From the NCBI GenBank assembly GCA_965215505.1, contig OZ244065.1:5088001-5152000 (forward strand): 64,000 bases of DNA, given 5' to 3'. Below are positions 57,498 to 64,000 of the stretch, in pieces. Numbering within the stretch: position 1 is the first letter of the stretch; the number at the start of each line of letters is the position of its first letter. Under the pieces are notes generated by a model, which saw only the letters and a program-made list of their open reading frames with translations, was not told the origin of the DNA and did no database searches. This stretch comes from Capsulimonadaceae bacterium. GTDB lineage: Bacteria > Armatimonadota > Armatimonadia > Armatimonadales > Capsulimonadaceae. The position numbers were made by a program, and so were the translations under genes.

Positions 57498-58298
57498 ATG
57501 TCGCCTCGCGCCCGCAAATCGCTCCCGTTCGCCGGGGTCGCCGCCGTTCTCGCCCTCGGCCTGGCCGGCTGGGCGCTGGACCCGCACCGCAAAGTGCCGC
57601 TGCGGAAGGTCTTCAGCCCCGTCGAATGGGTGCGCCACTGGAAGGGCATTGACCACTACGATCCCGGTCAGGCCCTGCTCCAGGAGGGCGACCCCTCCGT
57701 CCGCGAGGTCGCCCTGACCTTCGACGACGGCCCGGACCCGCGCTATGGCCCCGCCGTCGCTGCCATCCTGAAACAGAAAAACGTCCCCGCAACCTTCTTC
57801 CTGGTCGGCCTGCGGGTCAAGCAGTACCCCGGCGTCGCCAAACTGCTGGCCGATGACGGCTTCGAGCTGGCGAACCACACCTATAACCACCAGAGCCTGC
57901 CCGCCCTGAAGCCCCACGAGATCGCGAACGAGCTGCGCCTGTGTGACGCCGACATCGCGCAGGCGACGGGGCACCACACGGCCCTGATGCGCCCGCCCGG
58001 CGTCCAGTACAACGACAAGGTGCTGGGCGTCGCTAAGTCGCTGGGCTACGTCACCATCTCCTGGACCGTCGGCGCGAAAGACTACGACAAGGGCACGACG
58101 GCCGACTTCATCCGGGAGCGCGTGCTGGACCGGACCGCCCCCGGCGCGATCATCCTGCTGCACCAGGATACACCCGCGACGGTTTCGGCCCTCCCCGCCA
58201 TCATTGACGGCCTGCGCGCACAAGGCTACCGCTTCGTCACCGTCAGCCAGATGCTGGACCGGATGGGCGCGCGGCGGCCGGACGCTCCTGGGAAGTAA
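57498..58298 (+). CDS. Polysaccharide deacetylase (CE4/NodB)
   Basis: ALTFDDGP, NHTYNH, MRPPG, IILLHQ. Confidence 0.93.
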   Translation: MSPRARKSLPFAGVAAVLALGLAGWALDPHRKVPLRKVFSPVEWVRHWKGIDHYDPGQALLQEGDPSVREVALTFDDGPDPRYGPAVAAILKQKNVPATFFLVGLRVKQYPGVAKLLADDGFELANHTYNHQSLPALKPHEIANELRLCDADIAQATGHHTALMRPPGVQYNDKVLGVAKSLGYVTISWTVGAKDYDKGTTADFIRERVLDRTAPGAIILLHQDTPATVSALPAIIDGLRAQGYRFVTVSQMLDRMGARRPDAPGK

Positions 58299-58384
58299 GT
58301 TCGGGCCGTACCAGTCATGGCATGGTCCCGCGACAAGATAGATGTTGGGCTTCTTTACATGGGACATCACAGGAGTGGTCATTT

Positions 58385-58774
58385 ATGGGCTTGAACACAA
58401 ACTTCTTCGGATCGTTTGCTCTTGACCGCCCGTTGACGGCTGAACACAAAGCCATCCTTGAGGATTTCGCTGAGGAGGAACACGCAGACGAGGATGGGCA
58501 CCCTGGCGGCAGCGGTAAGCCGCCGGCAGTGTACTGCCAGTGGATACCTACCGAGGATGGAGGCGGTCTGGAATGGGACGGCGTAGAGAAGTTCTACTAC
58601 TACACGGAATGGCTTGAGTACCTGATCTCGCACTTCTTGACGCCTTGGGGCTATGTCCTGAACGGTACGGTGCGGTTCATGGGCATCACCGAGGGCATCG
58701 AGGGTACGATCTCTGTCCAAGACAGTAAGGTCGTCATGATTTGCAATGAAAGCATCTACCGGGATACGGCTTGA
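58385..58774 (+). CDS. Hypothetical protein, Trp/Tyr-rich
   Basis: RBS aggag; lower GC; YCQWIPTEDG..LEWDGVEKFYYYTEWLEYLISHFL.PWGYVLNG. Confidence 0.75.
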   Translation: MGLNTNFFGSFALDRPLTAEHKAILEDFAEEEHADEDGHPGGSGKPPAVYCQWIPTEDGGGLEWDGVEKFYYYTEWLEYLISHFLTPWGYVLNGTVRFMGITEGIEGTISVQDSKVVMICNESIYRDTA

Positions 58775-58801
58775 CAGTGGGCCGCCCCCAGTGTCGCGCG
58801 A

Positions 58802-59746
58802 CTACGATGTCATCTCCAGATAGCTCTCGTACCGGCGGCGGTCTATCGCGCCCTCCTCCACGGCGGCGCGGACGGCGCAGCTCAGTTCCGTGTGGTGGCG
58901 GCAGCCTGCGAACCGGCACTCGCCGAGGTACGGCTCGAATTCCGGGTAGCAGTACTGGATCTCCCCCTTCTCCACCTCCCAGAAGTCCACTTGGCGCAGG
59001 CCCGGCGTGTCCGCCACCCAGCCCCCGCCGTCCAGCGGCAGAAGCTCGGCGGTCGTGGTCGTGTGGCGGCCACTCAGCATGGCATTGTCGATGTCGCCCG
59101 TCTTGAGCTGGAGGCCCGGCTGGATGGCGTTTAGCAGGCTGCTTTTGCCCACACCCGACGGACCCGCCACGGCGGAGATGCGCCCCGCCATGGCCGCCCG
59201 GACGGCGTCTATGCCCTCGCCGGTCTTGGCGCTGACCCAGAAGACCGGGTAGCCGGCCTTCTCGTAGACACCCACCTGCGACTCGACTTGGGGCCGGTCT
59301 TCATCGGTCAGTTGGTCTATCTTGTTGACGATCAGGCGTGGCGGGATGTCGGCGGCCTCGGCCAGCACCAGGAACCGGTCGAGCAGCCAGAAGTTCGGCG
59401 GCGGGGAGGCGGCGGCGATGAAGAGAAATGCCTGGTCGAGATTCGCCACCAATGTGTGCTGGCCGCGCCCCGAGGGCGAGTCGCGCGAAAGCTCGGAGTG
59501 GCGCGGCAGGGTCTCGACGATCAGTGCCAGGTCGGCGTCCACCTTGACCCGGTCGCCCACCGTCAGCGGGTCCGTCGAGCGGCGCTTGTTGGCCTTCTCC
59601 ACCCGGCGGGGGTTGCTCCCCGAGGTGAAGTAGACCAGTTCTTTTTTCAGGTTCCCGCGCAGCTTGCAGGCGACCACGCCGTCCGCGTCGGTCTGGACGT
59701 AGTAGTTGCCGCTGTGGGTGCGGAAAACGGTGCCTTCAATGATCAA
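58802..59746 (-). CDS. rsgA: Ribosome small subunit-dependent GTPase A
   Basis: NKID, GPSGVGKSSLLN, GRHTTT, DTPG, CxFxxCxHxxExxC. Confidence 0.96.
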   Translation of the reverse strand: MIIEGTVFRTHSGNYYVQTDADGVVACKLRGNLKKELVYFTSGSNPRRVEKANKRRSTDPLTVGDRVKVDADLALIVETLPRHSELSRDSPSGRGQHTLVANLDQAFLFIAAASPPPNFWLLDRFLVLAEAADIPPRLIVNKIDQLTDEDRPQVESQVGVYEKAGYPVFWVSAKTGEGIDAVRAAMAGRISAVAGPSGVGKSSLLNAIQPGLQLKTGDIDNAMLSGRHTTTTAELLPLDGGGWVADTPGLRQVDFWEVEKGEIQYCYPEFEPYLGECRFAGCRHHTELSCAVRAAVEEGAIDRRRYESYLEMTS

Positions 59747-60309
59747 ACGAGGTTTCCTTCTACGGATGGGTCGCCGCAGTCAGCGGCGCGCGTGCCGCTG
59801 ACTGCGTAGCTCTCGGCGGACTGCTCGGACTCGCGCCAGCTCGGCCGGAACGTCTGGCCCTGCTCCTTGCGCCGCCAGTGGTAGACGTGATGCCCGACCT
59901 CGTGCAGCAGGACGTGTTCCAGGATGAACCGTTTGAGGTCGGCGGCGCTCCACCGACAGACGTATCGCCCGCCTATCTTGTCAACCTCCATGCCGAACTC
60001 CCGTTCAACCGCCAGTCCTACCTCAATGTGGACGCGCTTCGTTGTCATCGGCTGCCGGTAGGTGTAAGTGTCCGGGTAGGAGTAGAGGCGAATGGTCGGC
60101 CTTTCGGAGAAGCAGTAGCGGCCATTCGCCGAGCAGTCTTTCCGGGTCGCTGCCGCCAGGCCGACGGCCCACAGCCCCAACAGGTCGACTTCCGGCAGGA
60201 GCGTCAAGCGGTTTCGGATGTCCCCCAGCGAGCAGGGGTACACCCAGCCCGCACAGATCGGTTCCTCAAACAGCCTCGCCATGTGCCTTCCATCCCGGCG
60301 CTCATCCAA
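59743..60309 (-). CDS. Putative zincin-like metalloprotein
   Basis: LLHEVGHH followed by EQSAESYA; start uncertain. Confidence 0.65.
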   Translation of the reverse strand: MDERRDGRHMARLFEEPICAGWVYPCSLGDIRNRLTLLPEVDLLGLWAVGLAAATRKDCSANGRYCFSERPTIRLYSYPDTYTYRQPMTTKRVHIEVGLAVEREFGMEVDKIGGRYVCRWSAADLKRFILEHVLLHEVGHHVYHWRRKEQGQTFRPSWRESEQSAESYAVSGTRAADCGDPSVEGNLV

Positions 60310-61054
60310 CGGCCCGCGCCACGATCAACTGCTTCTGCGAGGCACCCGTGAACGGCAACAGGTCGTAGCCGCCGTACTTCTCTTCAATAACAAACCCGGC
60401 GTGAGACAGCAGGGCGTCGAGTTCCTGCGGGAAGTATACCCGCATCGGCAGGTCGGATACCGTTTCATGCCCATCCGCGAAGCGCCAGAACCAGCGGAGG
60501 TGGTTGATCTGCGTGGCCGCATCATAGGTGGCTGTCTCAGTCACGACCACAGGCTCGCCCGTATCCGGGTGCAGGAGTTCGCCTGCCGGGGAGCGGATAT
60601 CAGGGTCGCGCGTCAGCAGGGCCAGGGACGGGTTGAAGTAGTCCAGCGCGAACCGCCCGCCGTCCATGAGGTGCCGCTTGATACACGCCAGGCAATCCGA
60701 AAAGTCCTGCCAGGTCAGAAGGTGCGCGACGGAGTTGTTCGGCAGGAAGATAAACGAGAAAGGCCGGCCCAGCGTGAAGTCGGCGGCGTCGCCCAGATGC
60801 CAGGGGATTTTCAGGCCGTGTGCGTCCGCCTTCGCGCGGGCCAGCGCAAGCATGGGCGCGGAGATATCCAGGCCCTCGATGTCTACGCCCGCTTCGGCCA
60901 GCGGGATAGTCAGCCGCCCGCTGCCGCAGGCCAGTTCCAGGACGGGGCCGCCGTGCCTGCTACACTGTTCGCGCCAGTACGCAAGGTCGCTGCCGCCGAA
61001 GTGCTGCGCGCCCAGCGCGTCGTAGATCCGCGCGTCTTCATAGATGTCTGCCAT
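60302..61054 (-). CDS. Class I SAM-dependent methyltransferase
   Basis: VLELACGSGR, GLDISAPML. Confidence 0.92.
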   Translation of the reverse strand: MADIYEDARIYDALGAQHFGGSDLAYWREQCSRHGGPVLELACGSGRLTIPLAEAGVDIEGLDISAPMLALARAKADAHGLKIPWHLGDAADFTLGRPFSFIFLPNNSVAHLLTWQDFSDCLACIKRHLMDGGRFALDYFNPSLALLTRDPDIRSPAGELLHPDTGEPVVVTETATYDAATQINHLRWFWRFADGHETVSDLPMRVYFPQELDALLSHAGFVIEEKYGGYDLLPFTGASQKQLIVARAVG

Positions 61055-61429
61055 GCCGTCTTCGCCGCCTTTGATGCCGCCCTTTTATCGCCCCCAGTTC
61101 GCGTGGCGCTAAAGAAGTTCCTCCCACCATTGTAGTTTATATAAAATATGTGGTATACTGACGGCAACAGTTTCAATGGTTCCGCTTGTTCTCGTTCTTT
61201 TGCGCCCCCGGTCTTGTCATACACGGCCAAAGACCCTCGCTGTTTTTAGCGTACTTTTCGAGAAAGTGCCGATGTCCGCCGAGTTCCTCGCAGACCTTCT
61301 GCCGGAACTTCCTGGATGACCTCTGCGCGTGAGTGGAAACTTGGAATGCGCCGCCTGTGACGGATCAATCGTGATCAGACAGACGGGCGGCATCCCTCCA
61401 CAACCCCGGAGGAAGAAAAGGAAGAAAAC

Positions 61430-62680
61430 TTGCAGACATTCACCGAACTCGGCCTGCGCGATGCGATCCAGAAGAACCTGGACGCCGCCGGCCACACCAC
61501 CCCCACCGAAATCCAGGCTCTGGCCCTGCCGGAAGCCCTCGCCGGGCGCGACCTCATCGCCTGCGCCCAGACCGGAGGCGGCAAGACCGCCGTCTTCGCC
61601 CTGCCCATCCTCAATAAGCTCCAGCACAGTGACGGCCGCGCCCCGCGCGCCCTGATCCTCGTCCCGACCCGTGAGCTGGCCGTGCAGGTCGAGACGCAGT
61701 TCGCGCTCTACGGCAAGGGCACGGGCCTGCGCGGGACCGCAATCTACGGCGGCGCGGGCATGGGCCAGCAGGTCGCGAAGCTGCGGCGCGGCGTGGACAT
61801 CATCGTCGCGACGCCGGGCCGCCTGTTCGACCACCTGGAGCAGGGCTGCGTGGACCTCTCCGAAGTCGAGATGTTCGTCCTGGACGAAGCCGACCGGATG
61901 CTCGACATGGGCTTTCTGCCCCAGGTGCAGCGCATCGCCAAGCACCTGACCGGCCAGACCCGCCAGACCATGCTGTTCTCCGCCACGATGGACGGCGACG
62001 TCGAGGTCCTGGCCCGCGCCTACCTGAACGACCCGGTCATCATCAACGCCGGGCCGCGCTCCACCGTGGTCGCCGAGATCGAGCAGATCGTTCACCGCGT
62101 CACGGCCTCCGAAAAGGGCGACCTTCTGCTGACCCTGCTGCACGAGGCCCGCGAGGGCGGCGGCGGCGCACTGGTCTTCGCCCGGACCCGCCACGGTGCG
62201 GACCGGCTGGACAAGGTTCTGTTGCAGGCCGGCCTCCGGTCGGGCTGCATCCACGGCGACATCTCGCAGAACCAGCGCGAGCGCGTCCTGGCCCAGTTCC
62301 GGGGCAAGCGGCTCGACGTGCTGGTCGCCACCGACGTGGCGGCGCGCGGTATTGACGTCCCGCACATCACGCACGTCATCAACTACGACGTTCCCGTGAA
62401 CGCCGAGGACTACATCCACCGCATCGGCCGGACGGGCCGGGCGGGACGCTCGGGCAAGGCGCTGACGTTCGTGACGCACGGCGACACCCCGCAGCTTCGG
62501 GCCATCGAGAAGCTGGTCGGCCAGCGGCTCGACCCGAACCCGGTGGACCCGAACGAGAACCGCCAGGGTGCGCGCCAGCAGGTGCGCCGGAGCCAGGGCA
62601 GCGGCCGGACCTATGGCGGCGGCTGGGACGGCGGCGCGATGTCGGGCGGCCGGCGCGGACCGGCGCGGCGCGGACGCTAA
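61430..62680 (+). CDS. DEAD-box RNA helicase (RhlE-like)
   Basis: AQTGGGKT, PTRELA, DEAD, SAT, HRIGRTGR. Confidence 0.96.
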   Translation: MQTFTELGLRDAIQKNLDAAGHTTPTEIQALALPEALAGRDLIACAQTGGGKTAVFALPILNKLQHSDGRAPRALILVPTRELAVQVETQFALYGKGTGLRGTAIYGGAGMGQQVAKLRRGVDIIVATPGRLFDHLEQGCVDLSEVEMFVLDEADRMLDMGFLPQVQRIAKHLTGQTRQTMLFSATMDGDVEVLARAYLNDPVIINAGPRSTVVAEIEQIVHRVTASEKGDLLLTLLHEAREGGGGALVFARTRHGADRLDKVLLQAGLRSGCIHGDISQNQRERVLAQFRGKRLDVLVATDVAARGIDVPHITHVINYDVPVNAEDYIHRIGRTGRAGRSGKALTFVTHGDTPQLRAIEKLVGQRLDPNPVDPNENRQGARQQVRRSQGSGRTYGGGWDGGAMSGGRRGPARRGR

Positions 62681-62690
62681 TGTTTCCATG

Positions 62691-62728
62691 CCCCGGCCTC
62701 CCAATGTGGAGGCCGGGGATATTTTTTT
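62691..62728 (+). terminator. Intrinsic terminator after the helicase
   Basis: ccccggcctcc/ggaggccgggg stem plus T run. Confidence 0.8.
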
Positions 62729-62799
62729 GCCTTGCCCAGCCGAAACTACTTGACTCGTGCTTCAACATAGTATATACTTAAACTAACCGGACCAAAATA

Positions 62800-63255
62800 T
62801 TGACTGCCGAACTTAGACCACCGCCTGCGGAGACGAACACCTCGCTCAAGACATGGGTACAGCTCTTGCGGACCTACACCAAGGTCCAGCAGCGGATGAG
62901 CCACGTCTTCCGAAGTCACGGCCTGACCTCGCCTCAGTATGATGTTCTGGCAACGCTCCATCACGGCGAGGGCCTGATGCAGCAGGAACTGGCTGCCCGG
63001 CTGCTGGTGACGAAAGGCAACATCTGCGGCGTCCTAGACCGTCTGGAGGCCGCGCAGTGGATCGAGCGCCGCCCGGACCCGGATGACCGCCGTACCAACT
63101 GCATTTATCTGACCGACGCGGGGCGAAGCATCTTCGCCGAGGTCGTCCCGGCGCATCACGCCGTCGTCCGGGAGATTATGGGGCATTTGCAAGCGGAAGA
63201 AATACAAACGCTTCATCGCCTGCTGAAAACGCTGGAAGAAGCAGCAGAGAGTTAG
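62800..63255 (+). CDS. MarR family transcriptional regulator
   Basis: GLTSPQYDVL...QQELA...LDRLE...DRR...LTDAG; TTGACT-17-TATACT promoter at 62750-62778. Confidence 0.93.
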   Translation: MTAELRPPPAETNTSLKTWVQLLRTYTKVQQRMSHVFRSHGLTSPQYDVLATLHHGEGLMQQELAARLLVTKGNICGVLDRLEAAQWIERRPDPDDRRTNCIYLTDAGRSIFAEVVPAHHAVVREIMGHLQAEEIQTLHRLLKTLEEAAES

Positions 63256-63421
63256 CCGCTTTTATTTTGGTCATAAAGTTTATATGTAAACAGTATCAGT
63301 ATAAACGAGAAAGGAGGATCTTAACGAAGCGGGCACCATCCTCAGCCCGCCGCCTCGCTCTATCCCGCCACCCTGAGAAAGCGCCATCCTGCGCCAAGCA
63401 CCCGTTTAGGAGAGAATACCG

Positions 63422-64000
63422 ATGGAGACATTTACAACCGCCGACAGTGTGGTCATCCTCGTTGACCACCAGACCACGACGCTCGATTGGGTCAAGAGCC
63501 TGCCCAAAGAGACGGTCATCGCGAGCTGCCGCGTCATGGCAAAAATGGCGCAGACCTACGCCATGCCGCTCGTCCTGACCACAACCATGGAGGAATACGT
63601 CGGCCCCACCATTGACGACATCCGCACCGCCGCCCAAGACGCCTTCGATCAGCGCTTCAAACGCGGCGGCCAGCTCAACTGCTGGGATGACCCCGCTCTC
63701 CAGGAGCATGTCAAGGGCCTCGGCCGTCCGAACGTCATCCTCGCCGGGCTGACGACCGACATCTGCCTGTTCTGGGCCGCCATGGGCGCGCTCGACCTGG
63801 GCTACAAAGTGATGGTCGTTGCCGACGGCTGCGGGACCATGACGCCCCTGGGGGACCAGATGACCTTTGACCGGCTGCGGACGGCGGGCGTTACGGTGAC
63901 AGTCACCAACCAGTTCGTGACGGAACTCGTCAACAACTTCGGGACGCCCGAGGGTCAGAAGGCGCAGCAGATCATGTCCGACGAGATCATCTCGAAGCTC
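63422..64000 (+). CDS. Isochorismatase/YcaC-like hydrolase, runs off the window end
   Basis: My own translation: VILVDHQ...NCWDD...ILAGLTTDICL...VVADGCG; RBS aggag. Confidence 0.88.
   Translation, partial: METFTTADSVVILVDHQTTTLDWVKSLPKETVIASCRVMAKMAQTYAMPLVLTTTMEEYVGPTIDDIRTAAQDAFDQRFKRGGQLNCWDDPALQEHVKGLGRPNVILAGLTTDICLFWAAMGALDLGYKVMVVADGCGTMTPLGDQMTFDRLRTAGVTVTVTNQFVTELVNNFGTPEGQKAQQIMSDEIISKL

Overview
High-GC bacterial chromosome segment, most consistent with Armatimonadota (Capsulimonas-like). This is an inference from Firmicutes-type flagellar genes, hspR, a DUF1559-like prepilin, a PEP-CTERM-like protein and a DnaK lacking the diderm N-terminal insert. Two convergent halves of a flagellar gene cluster lie about 30 kb apart: fliK-flgD-flgE-flbD-motAB-[padR insert]-fliLMNOP on +, and flgBC-[insert]-fliEFGHIJ-slt-motE-mcp on -. 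Between them is an accessory region with a BlaI/BlaR1-like pair carrying an unusual domain fusion, an ECF sigma factor, gyrB, a DUF433/DUF5615 toxin-antitoxin pair, several secreted repeat proteins and a two-component system. The right end holds hspR-rpoZ-dnaK-dnaJ-prmA-cbrC-rsmE, rsgA, a DEAD-box helicase, a MarR regulator and an isochorismatase. I found no rRNA, tRNA, CRISPR array or transposase. The notable non-genic features are at least four families of palindromic REP/MITE-like elements (one translated in frame inside a gene), short tandem duplications at their edges, sigma28-type promoters, a candidate leader-peptide attenuator and a 15-bp inverted repeat bracketing a histidine kinase.
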